NCBI GenBank assembly: GCA_053919585.1
Contig: CM132809.1
Origin: Euprymna scolopes
Lineage: Eukaryota
Direction: 5' to 3' (one strand)
DNA length: 64,000 nucleotides
In this document: one piece after another, positions 27,067-39,326 of the stretch
Layout: every line of letters starts with the position of its first letter
How positions within the stretch are numbered: the stretch's first letter is position 1
The notes under the pieces: generated by a model
The model's database searches: none
Seen by the model: only the letters and a program-made list of their open reading frames with translations
Told to the model about the DNA's origin: nothing
Made by a program: the position numbers and the translations under genes

Positions 27067-28060
27067 TTCATTTCCATCATTGTAACCGTACTCAGCTGCG
27101 TTGTACATCTTTACTGCACACTCCTCGCCCAAAAAAATATCTCACTCCTGCAAGGGACGAGCAAATACATTGTCAGTCACTAATAATTCCTCTATACCAT
27201 TGACATACGCTTATATTGTACAATGCGTTTTCAGATTCGGTCGCAATCGTCTTGTCGTCCTTAGGCGCAATGTTGTGCCAGTGTACTGTTTTCAAATTGG
27301 TGCAAATTGGCTCTCTTGTGCCAGGGGATCTAAAGATTATTCCATTTCCCTATTATAACTGACCGACTCTACTAACGGCCACTTTTCTCATAACACAATC
27401 CCCTACTGCTTAATGACGCTAGCAGATGTTTGGCGCTGTCACTGCTTCCAGATATCAAAACACCTATGCCCACAATCTATTAACCCCTGGAGTAACTAAG
27501 TGCCAGATTAGGTTATATCCATATCAACTCTGCTATAATTTTCATGGATATAAACTCAAACTTGATTCCAATGCAATTAGGCTGGATCTTTGTATTAACA
27601 TTCTGTGCAGTATCCAACCGCAGTTCCGACATTGGTTCAGTTATTACTAAGAGAATAAAGTTTACCAATTGCAGCGCCCTCTTCAACCCTGGATGTCTAC
27701 TTGGTCGATTTATTATCTGTATCTGAGACTTTTTTTAGCGATTACGGCACGCACATGTTCGCTGGATTTTGTCATTTTGGGGATTTTATTTAACCATCAT
27801 TGTAGTATCCTAGTATGTTTTTCAGCTATTTTCTCGTGAGATTAAACGAGCCCCGCATCTATCTCCAGTACATATTGATGTTCGGGGTGTGGAGAGACGA
27901 ATCCTTATTAAAATTTCAGAGACTGCTTTGGTTTGAAATCTCATATGTCTGGGCAATGTGTTATTTACCTACCGATCTACAAATGTAGAGCTCTTTCTGA
28001 AATGAATTAGTTTTGTATCTAATCTGGATGTCATAATGTATTACCATCCTTAAACAAACT
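27060..28060 (-). mobile_element. Gypsy pol 3' part (RNase H/integrase), pseudogenised
   Basis: Minus strand: NQSSL (DASSL), NIN..LEIDA, SRHPGLKRAL, CTEC*YKDPA, RVDMDIT, LIDCGHRCFDIW..RQTSASVIKQ, PKDD..NALY. Confidence 0.8.
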
Positions 28061-28079
28061 AAACAAAATATACCACCTC

Positions 28080-30500
28080 CTGTCTGCCATAACGTGGACT
28101 GGCTTACACACTCAAATAAGACAAATGATGAGTGGGAGGTTCTGTCATGATATTGTCATTGCATATGACCTGACTCAGATTGTTCGCGAGCCCACCCGTG
28201 TGCCCGATACTACCGGTCAGTATGCAAGCTTTCTATAACTTTCCTCTCAACTTCCCCTGAGCTATGTTCATGTTGCCTTCTATCTCCTCTGGGATATTCC
28301 GACCACTCCGTTTTATCAGTAAAGATCAAAACAAAATGTAATAATCTTCAGACGTACCTCCTCACCGTACTGTATACTGATAATCTATGGCTAATTGGGA
28401 TAGCTTCCGTACATGTATAACTGATTTACCTCTGCATTCCATGTTGAAAAAGGATGTGCCCTCTATAGTATCAGACATGCCCGAATGGTTAATTGTATGC
28501 ATAGCCGATTGATACTATCAAAAAAATTCCAACAAAAACCCCAGTGTCAGCCAGTTTCTCCATATATACCAGCGTAATAGATGCACTGCGACTAAAGCTG
28601 CTTTCAGGAACGCTAGCAACCACTGTAAAAGAGTAATAAAAATGCAAGAGAGCTGTATGCTCGGCCCGTTCAATTCAAAGTAACTGATCAGCGGCTTGGT
28701 TCTCACAAGCAAATAACAAATAGGGTTCTGAACAGAAGCATGCGTTCTATCCCAACCATTATCAATGGACCAGAGGTCGTCTCCTCAACATCATACAAGC
28801 CCCCACTATTTGCCAAGTACTTTGTAGCGAATTCTACCCAATGCGACGATGGACATACACTCACGTATTTCCTCTTATAACACAACACGCTAGGTAACAT
28901 ACAAATATCTGTGAGTGAGGCCGCCAAGGTAATCAAGAACCTTCATTCCCGTAAATCAACTGGCTCTGACGGCATTCCAATTATAGTGTTAAAAAAGCTT
29001 CAAGCAGAACTTGCCCCCATACTTACAAAACTGTTTAAGCATTGCCTTAAAGAGAATTGCTTCCCAACACCCTGAAAACCCTCTTCAGTATTACCTGTAT
29101 TTAAAAATGCAGGTGATCAGTTATTGCCCTCTCAGTACAGACTAATAAGTCTTCTTTGTGGCATAAGTTGCTGGAATCCATATTAAATAGAGCAGTAGTC
29201 AACCAGCTTAGCAGAAATATCTTCTTAGTGACACGCAATATGGTTTCCGTTCTGTTTGATCTACGGCAGATGTGCTAACGATTATATCTCATATGATTAG
29301 TGAATCTCTCGACAAAGGCACTTACTCTTGACATATCAAAGGCCTTCGGTAAAGGCCCCCTTCACACAATTTCCAGCTACCGTATAACTGGACATGTTTT
29401 CTTTATCATTAAATCATTTCTCTCTGATAGGCTCATAAGAGTAGTATAATTATGGGCAAAAATCAGAGGTCCGCAGTATTAATGCAGGAGCCCCTCAGGG
29501 GTCCATCCTGAGCCCAACTCTTTTCCTGAGCTACATCGATGATCTTCCATAATACATACTTAAATTATTCGTTGACATCTATGCTGATGACACGACCATC
29601 TAGGGCAACACACCAATGGCTGTAAATGACAAAGTTCTCTCTGATGTTCTCTCTTCTGATATTTAGCACGTGTACAGTGGGCAAAGATATGACTTGTTAC
29701 CTTTAATGCATCTAAAACCAAGCTCATATATTCACATCATAAACGCTATGATGCCCATCTGGCATCAATTGAAATGGATGGGTTTCTTCTAGGGGAGGAC
29801 CCATGTTTTGATAAGATTTTGGGTTTGACCTTTACTCCTGATCGTAAATGGAACCCGTACATCAAGTCTGTTGCCAAGGTCGCTAAAAAAATGGTGGGAC
29901 CCTTCTACTACTCCAGAAAATATATCATTAATGATGAAATTCACTATATATATACAAGCGAAGTATATCCAAGGAGGGAATACTGGTGTCCCATCTGGGC
30001 AGGAGCTGCTATAAACAACCACCTCTGTCTTGACAAAGTACAACATAGATTCGTGGATTAGTGGGGGACGTATTTCTATCTTCCAGAAAAGATGTTGCTA
30101 GGCTATCTTTATTGTATCGTTATTTCCATGTCAAGTGCTCGTCTGAGTTCCAATCTCTGGTCCTCCCTCGCCAATCTTTCACGTTAAACACCCGTTTAGC
30201 TGAAATCACTGTCAATAATTTCCCCCACTGTTTATCTGTGTCTAAATCAAAACGTAGATTACATGAACTGCACGCCTTTGGAACTATCTACGTCTTTTCT
30301 GTTTTCCTCCTGACATGGATGTCTTCAAGTCCAACATAAACAAATTCCTTGATGAACCGCCCCCTTAAGTAAGTACTTTATGAAATCTCCAATACAGCAA
30401 CGTTATCCGATTGATTACTGTATACACAATGACCCTTATCCCGATTGGCTTCTGGGCCTCGATAAGTTGTACCCTCCATGTAAAAAAACACAAAAAAACA
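28080..30500 (+). mobile_element. CR1-Zenon-like LINE, 5'-truncated and pseudogenised (APE C-terminus + RT + 3' tail)
   Basis: HNVDWL..LTQIVREPTRVPD..PLGYSDH; KSTGSDGI; YRLISLL; QYGF; LDISKAF; GAPQGSILSP; YADD at 29580; EYWCPIWAG; RKDVARLSLLYRYFHVKCSSE; A-rich tail at ~30480-30500. Confidence 0.92.
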
Positions 30501-31730
30501 CGGTGGCGACACGTCAGGAGCCACGCTCCGAAAATGGTCAAACAGTTTCCAGCACACTGAAAATACAGTCCCGGTAAGAAGTCTGTCGGGGCCTACTGTT
30601 AGGTCACTTAAACGTAGCCATAACAGTTTTTCGTTTTTCTTCCTGAAAACGTATTCCTTACACGCGTAGGACATCTTTAAGCTGTTCTGGCCTCTTGTTT
30701 GCTAAACAAACTACTCCAAATATGTTTGATATGGGTTGCAGTACACACCCTCTCATACGCAAAAATGTCGTCCATATAAGAAAATCTATCCCTGTTTATG
30801 AGGGCATCCTAAAATGGGATGTCATTCACAATGACCTTTATTATGAAATTGCAAACAGTGATTAAAAATCCGAGGAAATACCTTGATCGTCATTGTTTCG
30901 AACAGTCAAAGAGATTTGTCAACACGTACTTGCAAATGGGGTTGTCGTGTTTCTAGCGTTGAAATTGTTTCTTTGCTGTCGCAATTTTTTCTTTGCAAGT
31001 TTAACCGCCGACATACACATTAGGCCACTGATAACACATAATATGCCGAACTTTCTGCTTGTACATCTCAACAACAGCAACAGGCGAAATTATACCTGGG
31101 TCAGAGTTGGTTCTCTAGAGATGGAGGCAACCAATTGTTATCGATCAACATTTGCAGTTAAGCGTCATATTCCTCACGCATATATGCTGGGGCTGAATAT
31201 TCTGTAAGTCTATTTTTCAACGATATTAGAGTTACGACTCATCCCATTTGAAACATGCGATCCATTTTTATTATTTTTGTTCTTAATTTGCTGATAAAAC
31301 TCGATAATAGTGATAACAACAATAGTTATTTAACTGAAATGTATAAAAGTTAACTCTTCGTCACTATACAGAAATACTCCCCTTAATATGTTCTTTCCGA
31401 CCAGACCGAACAACAAATCAAATCCATCTACGACGTCTACGGTAATCCTGAGCATTACAAAATAGCTAAGTGTGCTGCAATTTGTAGTGTGCACTGGAAT
31501 AAATTTTATTCGTCAGTTCCTTACAACACGACTTGCGAATCATGCACCCAGTATTAACTAAATCTCTACGCATTCATGCAAAAAGTAACAACCGGCAACG
31601 CTTCGTTTTCTATAGTTTGGAGAGTAAGATTGATTCTGAATCCCCCACCTGCTCGTTCCTTAGACACAATTTGGTAATATACCCACGTCATAACACGTGA
31701 TATTTCATCGAAATGTTAAATCAGCCATGG
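30500..31730 (-). mobile_element. Gypsy gag-end/protease/RT part, pseudogenised; continuation of 27060-28060
   Basis: Minus strand: DLVNTGC (protease DTG), EYDA*LQMLIDNNWL, GIISPVAVVEMYKQKVRHIMCY, HLQVRVDKSL, YMDDIF (30761-30778), VFSVCWKLFDHF..RVATVF. Confidence 0.85.
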
Positions 31731-31782
31731 CCACCGAGAGTAAGAAGAAGATCTGTTAACTGAAAAAATGCATGAAGACTTT

Positions 31783-32318
31783 TGTTATAGAGAGAGGAGA
31801 GGTGCGAATGAACTCGAAATCCGGGCCATCAAAACTGGAACCTGAACTTGGATGACATAGTCCTATGACGCAAGTCGGTTTATGGGTCAGACCGTTGAAT
31901 GGAGAAAAGTTCGAATGAACTTAAACCCTGACCGACAAAAATGAAACCCGGGAATAAGATGACGTAATTCGGCCGCAAGTAAGACTAAAGTCAAACACCG
32001 AGAGGGTCAGAATGTGGGTCGATGACGTAAATTGGTTAACGGATTACGAGGTCGAAAATTCATGAAAGTTAAATGATAAACAAAAGAACGAGTCAGTCAG
32101 AGAGTGACAGCAGAGAGGGGAGGACAGACAATGCTCAAGAGCATGTCACGGTCAGAATCACACCCGCCCCACCTACACTACCTTCACTACCATCTCCAAC
32201 GCCGTATTATGTGTATATGGATGTTTATTAAATCAACTAAGTTGTTTTATTACAAAGCGTCTCGTTATTCATTGATAAATGAACAGCGGTCATTCCATTC
32301 ACTAGACGACTTACAACA
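31783..32318. mobile_element. LTR-like segment (solo LTR or LTR of the adjacent Gypsy)
   Basis: TGTTATA...TACAACA termini, higher GC, and ATTAAA near the right end. TSD and PBS are not clear. Confidence 0.5.
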
Positions 32319-33345
32319 AACCTATATGCATAAATGCCAAACGAACTATCTCTCTATCGTTCGAGATATTAAAAAAATCTCGGATAGTTAAAATACAGGC
32401 TTGGTGCTAATAAAATAGAACGTACCCTGGCTAGATGAATCACTAAGACTCTTCATAAGAAAACAACAACAAAATAGAATAGACGTAACCGCCATACCAC
32501 CCAGTATATAACACTGTCAGTACTATATGAGGGTCATTTGAAAAAGAACAATAAAATATTTTTTAAAAAGAACAAAGAACCCAGTTCGATTAATACTAAA
32601 ACTGAACTTTATTCAATATAAAATATAAATATTATCTATGTAAAATTTTGAAGCAATATACCATTTAATACTGAAAAAACTGAATTATGAAGTTAGCAAA
32701 CAAATAATTATAAAACATATTACACACCAACGATGAATAATTTTAAAACTGAACACCATCGATAAATAATTTAAAGAATGAACACAAACGATAAAATGCA
32801 AAAAAATTGAAATCAAAGAAATAATTTAAATACAAATAAACAAAAGTTATTATTGCAGAAATATTTTTTTAATTTGATTTAGAGAAAAATCACATGGGTT
32901 GAATGTTATTTTTGGAACTTTAGAGATTATTCAGACTAACGTGCTCGTTTTGCGTGTTTATTTCACAACGTTTTATCATCGAATTTTGACTCCTTTATTA
33001 CATCCTCAGGCCGAAAATGATGTTCACATACCTAAAAACAAAATTAAAGGAAACATTATACCATAATGTAAACTATTGCTAAAATCTAAGAAAAGATAGT
33101 ATACAAACATTTACAATAAAAATTTCAGTGTAGTATATGTGCTGACGTGCAGTTCATTTGTTCTCTCCTATGTCAGTGGAGGAGAAATCCTTCATGATCG
33201 AGAAACTTTTTATTTTATTTTTGTTCCTATCCAGTGTGCTCCTTTCTGGGGAGCTAAACTGCCCCCCATTAAAAATCGACCTTGTGTCTAACTGTGTCCT
33301 CATGGGGAGGCAAGTAAATACATTTTTAAAAAATTCTTGACAAAT

Positions 33346-33780
33346 GTTCTCATGTAAAAATTATTTGTTCAGAATTCTAAAAAAACAATCAATTTTGATA
33401 TATAACGTTCAGTCACGGCTAATTTCATTAATAGCCGCGTGATGAATAATTTTCAAACAGACTTTAGAAAAAATATAGAACTTTCAAATATGTGGATATA
33501 CTCAATGAAAACTTGTATTTATTATTAAAAAAAAAACCTTTTTTAGAATTATTCCCATGTAAAAATTATTTGTTTATTATTTTAAAAAGAATAAATCAAT
33601 TTTAATATATAACGCTTAGTCACGGCTAATTTCATTAATAGCCGCGTGGTTAATAACTTACAAAACCATAAAAAAATATAGAACTTTCAAATATTTGGAC
33701 ATACTAAATGGAAGGTTTTATGTATTATTAAAAAAACATTTTGAAAATTATTCTCATATAAAAAGTATTTGTTTATAACT
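33346..33780. repeat. ~205-bp tandem repeat, 2+ copies, each with a CGGCTA..TAGCCG hairpin
   Basis: AGTCACGGCTAATTTCATTAATAGCCGCGTG and AAAAATATAGAACTTTCAAATAT occur twice, and a third unit starts at ~33750. Confidence 0.9.
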
Positions 33781-33907
33781 TTATAGCATAAAACAAAATT
33801 AAATTAAATTGTCAAACTTCCTACTAGCGTTTTTAGCCTCATAATAAAATAAACAGTTACAGATATCAACATAATATATGATGTGTTAGCAATAAATAGT
33901 ATTGTTT

Positions 33908-33991
33908 CTTTAATTTATATTAACAATGTTATCAAACGTTATGAAAGTACTTTAATTTATATTAACACTTTTATCAAACGTCATGGAAGTA
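33908..33991. repeat. 42-bp tandem duplication
   Basis: CTTTAATTTATATTAACA.T.TTATCAAACGT.ATG.AAGTA occurs twice. Confidence 0.9.
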
Positions 33992-34394
33992 CTAGAATAT
34001 AGTTCTAATTTATACACGTTTAATTATTAACAAATAACACACCTTACTTTACTATATTTGGTTGGAATAAAATTTCCTCTTCTAATGGCCCGTATCCAAA
34101 TTGAGAAAGTTTAGGATAAGAAAATATATGTACTTTGGGGCCTTTTGAATAATTTCCCCGGCAATTTGTTACAACGCAAGGATACACTATGTTAGATGAC
34201 AAACTGAAAACTAGACGGAACTGCAGCTGATAGTCTAGATCATATCCATAGAAGTGAATCAGATAATGGCGTCACGCTGTCATGTGCATGGCCTTCTTTA
34301 CTCTCGGTAGCCACGAATCAGCAGGGCAACCTATCTCCTTATCCAGTAGACAATCACTTACCAAGATTGTGTCTATAATATTTGTAACGCCGTC

Positions 34395-34600
34395 AGGAGG
34401 TATTCGTCTATTAGCTGTGCTTTGTGCGGGCCATGCCACTACTGCAGCATGCTCTGCAACTACAAACCAATGCTTTAAAATAGTACGGGAGCGATCTAGC
34501 CCTTGTGAAACATCAAGGCAATTCATACGAGAGGGTACTCATAATAGTAATGCAACATGTTCAGGCAATTCAGCAATGAATGCACATTGCCGGAAGTGAT
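34395..34600 (+). mobile_element. Penelope-like GIY-YIG endonuclease remnant
   Basis: VY/ISCALCG followed by CETSRQFIREGTH..NSAMNAHCRK matches VYxIxCxxC..GETxRxLxxRxxEH..SAxxxH. Confidence 0.5.
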
Positions 34601-34710
34601 CCGATACGCCACCTTAGTAGTTTGGTCAAACAGACATTAACAATTTCACTGGGTTGAAGACGGCTGGCTTTACATTGTTTCCATGCATTGAAGAAATCCC
34701 AATAAAGAAA

Positions 34711-34965
34711 CTGTTGGGGAGGAATGAAAAAGCTAAGAATAATAATAAAAAAAAACTAACAGGTATTTTCTCACCATTTTTCATTTTTTTAAGTTTTTAA
34801 TTCGAAGGTATAGAAGTCAATGACGTAGTACTTTCGTTGAATTTAACGTTGAATAAAATAAAGCACACGTTTTGTCTGTGTTATAAGTATACGCGATTTT
34901 CTTCCAAAAAAACTCTTTTTGTGGGGAAAATAGAAATGGCTTACCGTAAAAATTTGCTTGTGCCA
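34711..34965 (+). repeat. Dispersed repeat copy B (homologous to 26662-26890)
   Basis: Direct by-eye alignment over ~230 bp. Confidence 0.85.
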
Positions 34966-35725
34966 ATCTATGCTGCGGGCTGAGAAAGAAACGAACAGAT
35001 ACAAGATGGTGACCGGGGTTATTTAATGTCCATACTCTCGCACATTACCAGAGAAATCACGTCTCACGGATGTTTTAATGTGCGCATATACACTATCAAA
35101 GCAGGGGGCCATTGGGGAGAAGCGTTCAGACCTATGTAGAGTGAAAATCGTCATGCGACTCATCAGACTTTTTCGTACTGGTTTACATTGAAATTGATGG
35201 CAACGATATTGTAGTTGATCAAAAAACAAACCAGCAGTGCAGAGTTCCTAAAGCGGCCAGGTCTTAGAAGAACGTTCAGACCTGTGTAAAGTGGGCATCG
35301 TCGTGCAATTCGTCAAACGATAGATGTTCATATTTTTCGATGAAGTTCTGAAAACGCTGTTTATACTTTTTTAGAGTCATTCCGAAACATCTGATGGTTA
35401 AAACTGTATTTGTGCACCTAGAATTAAAAACAAAACCTTTCGCTTACGATTTCGTGTTTTCTTTTGACGTATATGTCTGAGATATGAAAACATATTTGCT
35501 GCAAGGGTGGAAATAAAAACATGAACCAATAGCTATTACGTCTGCATACATGTTCGTAATGCCCTCGTTCGAATTTCAGCTGGTAAATTTCATAATTTTA
35601 ATTTTCTAACTTTTGCGTTTATTCTTTCTGATTAAAACCGAGTATACTATTTCGCTGGGATTCGAATTACCTATATATTAAATTTCAAGTTCCTTGATCA
35701 GAAAACTGCCAGAGGTGTTCGACAA

Positions 35726-35730
<5 letters not shown>

Positions 35731-35788
<58 letters not shown>
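35731..35788. repeat. (TA)n microsatellite
   Basis: Direct reading. Confidence 0.97.
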
Positions 35789-35790
<2 letters not shown>

Positions 35791-36619
35791 CATTGTGTGT
35801 ACCTTTTATACATTTTTACGTAAATATAAGGCAAGCATTAATTATGTAGCATACTTGCATATATATATATATATATACATATATATATAATTAAACGTAA
35901 TAATTAACAAAATATGATAATTTCATAAGAACAGCGAGAAAATATAGAGAGTTAATAACCATAATGTTTGAAAGTATATGCAAATTTACTAGATTTTTGG
36001 AAGCTGAATGCAATTTCACTGGCCATATACAACCACGTTGCATTTTTTCTTTTAAATATACGGAGAAAAACAACCTTTAAATCTGTTTATGAAGACTTCA
36101 AAAATCCAAATTATATGAGTTTGGATGTGTGTGTATTTTATACAGGGTCGGACGATAAATTTCTCGATATAAAGAATACAACACTACATTTTTTTAACAG
36201 TAAAAAATAAGTTCCCACTGATTGCGACCCGCAAAAGCAAGATTTAGAAGATATACACAAGTAAAATATATACGTTAAAATAAAAAGGGCATGAAAATAG
36301 CGCAATATAGACTGCGGATCAAATTTTTAAACCACTTTAAACATCTTAAAAAGAAATTTTTTTAAAGGTATTAAACTTCACTCGAATAATCTTACCAATA
36401 CCTAAAATATATAGTAAACAAAGTTACACTCCTAATATTTGCTTAGATAATTTATATTTCTATAAGATTATGTTATTTTACACGTGCCTCAAATAATAAG
36501 CCACTGAGTATGAATTGCTAGCCTCTTCAGTTACAGATTAGGTCCAACAATGTAATGGTGTCAGTATGTCCAAATAAATAATGTTGAGCGTGTTCAAATC
36601 CTAGGTTTTCAAAAATCAT

Positions 36620-38270
36620 GAGGTCTGCACGCCCACCGAAAAAGCTAACATGCTTTTCAATCAGTTAGCCAAAAAATGTATTGGATTCAGAAAATAACTA
36701 CCTTTCTGACTTTCTTCTGCGGACAGACAGCACACAAGATTATCTGGAAATTACTCTTCCTCGGGTGCATGATATCCTTAAAAACAAAACATCTAGACAC
36801 CTCAAATGTATGTGAGCCCGATTTCACCCCGGCTGTGCCATTAAAATATGGTCCGTTAATGTTACTCCAGTTCTCAGTGCTTTAACCAATCCTGTTTTCC
36901 TGACTGCTGTAAAAAGTGCTTTCGTAGTAAAAATTTATAATAATTTTGGCGAACAATTTGATCAATTAAATTATCGCCCCATTAGACTGCTGCCGCTTTT
37001 CGACAAAATATTTGAGTTCATATTTAACTGAATTTAAGGTCATCATCTAACAACGGCTATAGTTTTGACCGGTCCAGAATATAAATTTAGGGAACCTGTT
37101 TTACATCAAATATACTAACTATAATCTTAGAACGTATATATCAGGCACTGGACAAACAGGAGATAGGAAAGCGGTAACCGTATATGAATTATTTAAGATT
37201 GTTAACAGGTTTAGCACGATTGTCGTCTAAGGAAAAGTAGATCATACGGTATGATTGAACGAATAAGAAACACAATGAAATATTTCCTTGATAATAAGGT
37301 TTTCCTCGATGTTTGTAAATCTAAACAATATGATAAAAATGAGGGTGCGCCCGAGGGTCGACTCTTGGACCTTTATTATTCCTAATGTTCATGAATGACC
37401 TCCCAGATTAAATAGTCTCTGGGATAAGTATAAGAGCTGATGACTCCACGCTCTATAACAGCCACGAAAAGAATTCATATAGACACATATCTAAGTAAAT
37501 TACAGGAACACTACGGAAGACCTCTAATCTTTAGTTGAATGGGGGCAAATATGAATTGCCGCATTCCGTGCTGCAAAGACTAAGCTTGTTCTCATTAAAT
37601 AATTACGTGAAACGTCATCCACTAATAGCTTTGGCTACATATGCATTACTTCAATCCGCTGCGTTTACCGTTCACAGAAAACATGAGTTTGAACAGATAC
37701 ATTGAGTGCATTGCCAAGGTCGCGGCAAGGAAGTTGAGATATCTCTACAGTGCTAGGATATTACTTACGCCTGAAAATATTCTGATCTTCTACAAGTCCA
37801 GCATTCGCCCATGCATTGAGCATTGTTATCAAATTTAGGATGGTGCATCTGCTACTAGTATCTCGCTCCTGGGCAGTGTTCAAAAAGAGTAACCAACTTG
37901 ATGGGTCCTGGACTATCATCTAATATTCAGTCTTTGGCACATTGACAAAATGATTCATCACCCTGCCTGGTCAACAAGTATTTTAATGGCGGATGTTCTG
38001 ATAGAAGTATAAGACTTTGTACACACTTGACGTAAAGACCTCGGACAGTCCCGACGAGTGCAGTAGAAATCCTTAGATATAAGAAGGTCTTCTACTCTTA
38101 TAGTTTCTTTTCCAGAACTGTTTAACTTTGGAAATCACTTCCGTGTTTCGGCTTTGGCACCTGTACTGACATGGAGAAGATCAAATGTAATATGAACAGA
38201 CATCTTGCTGCTTAATACTGTACAAAGTGTCCCTGCAATACACGGGCAGGATAATAGCCTCCTATATCAA
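36620..38270 (+). mobile_element. CR1-Zenon-like LINE, 5'-truncated RT region, closely related to 47200-50860
   Basis: NYRPIRLLPLFDKIFE; LGPLLFLMFMNDLPD; ADD at ~37436; IAKVAARKLRYLYSARILLTPENILIFYKSSIRPCIEHC. The 3' end AACAGACATCTTGCTGC..GATAATAGCCC is shared with 50773-50840. Confidence 0.9.
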
Positions 38271-38439
38271 ATTGGCACTGTGTCTTGTGTAGGATAAAAA
38301 TGGAATAGAATAAAAACAAGTTTTGTCAAGGCAGGCGGTTGCAGTTAAGTTGGATCCCAGTAAAACTGTGATTTGCAAATTTCTAAAGATCAGTTTCAAT
38401 CGCAGAGAAGTAAACTCATTATTAGCCCCCCACCCATTT

Positions 38440-38850
38440 CTGCGTTGACTAGGAGAAACACATGTGTTGTTGTGAAAGAAAGCAGACGTTTTTCTTGTCA
38501 AACTAAAGCAATCACAGCTGCTGATTGAAGTTCAAACATCATCGTTGATGACGGAGTGTCATCGTTTGTGCGGGGATAGATACTTACTCCAATATGGTAA
38601 TTCTGCAATCCATGTTGCACGAGGGATATTGGATTTCTGCAAGAAAATGGGGCTCATCTGTTGGGACATCTTGCATTCTCACCGAAATTTAACTTAATTG
38701 AATATGTGTGGGATGAATGGCAATAGATGTTTATCAAAAGGCAAACACTACTCAACAAAACAATCTTCGTGAACCCACCTGTAGAAGCTGGATCTACATC
38801 CCCGACACCTTAATGGAAAAGATTATTTCTAGCATGTCTATCATAGATTA
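38440..38850 (+). mobile_element. Tc1-like DD34E transposase remnant
   Basis: KESRRF (DESRF), RSVIVCAGI (GSVMVWAGI), QYGNSAIHVAR (QQDNARPHVAR), FLQENG..AFSPKFNLIEYVWDE (SPDLNPIEHVWDE). Confidence 0.8.
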
Positions 38851-39189
38851 ATTTATCGTGTGATATTGGATCTTTGAGAATATTTCTGAAAGAAATATAA
38901 TATTAGACAACACCAAACAAAGAAAAATAGCTCAATATACTTGATAGAGCAAATAGAATTAACATTTTTTTGTTTAATTTTAATTCAGAATAAACGGCAA
39001 TTTTCGGAGAAAAAGTTATTGTTTGAATAAAAAATACAGTTCAGATTTTTTTAACCAATGGATTTTTGATGTAGGAAAATGTATGAGCAAAAACATAAAA
39101 TTCGAAATACTATTGTTATTTAGCACATACAAATAACATTTATTTTTTGTATTATTTTTATTTATTGCGGACTATTTTTCTCACCTTGT

Positions 39190-39326
39190 ATTAGTTGTTT
39201 TACAACGGTATAGCCGACTATTCTTCTAGCCTTCGTCAGGTCGCAACCGCGACGGATAGGATCTCTGAATCCCCTGACTGCATTTAGTGCAATTACTGCC
39301 TTCCATAGTTGTTTTCGTCTGACACG
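39190..39326 (-). mobile_element. Penelope-like GIY-YIG C-terminal fragment plus decayed hammerhead-like fold
   Basis: RRKQLWKAVIALNAVRGFRDPI, then TTGCGAC-C-CTGACGA-A-GGCTA.GAAGAA.TAGTC-...-GTTGTAA. Stems I and II pair, but the GAAA box is lost. Confidence 0.35.
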
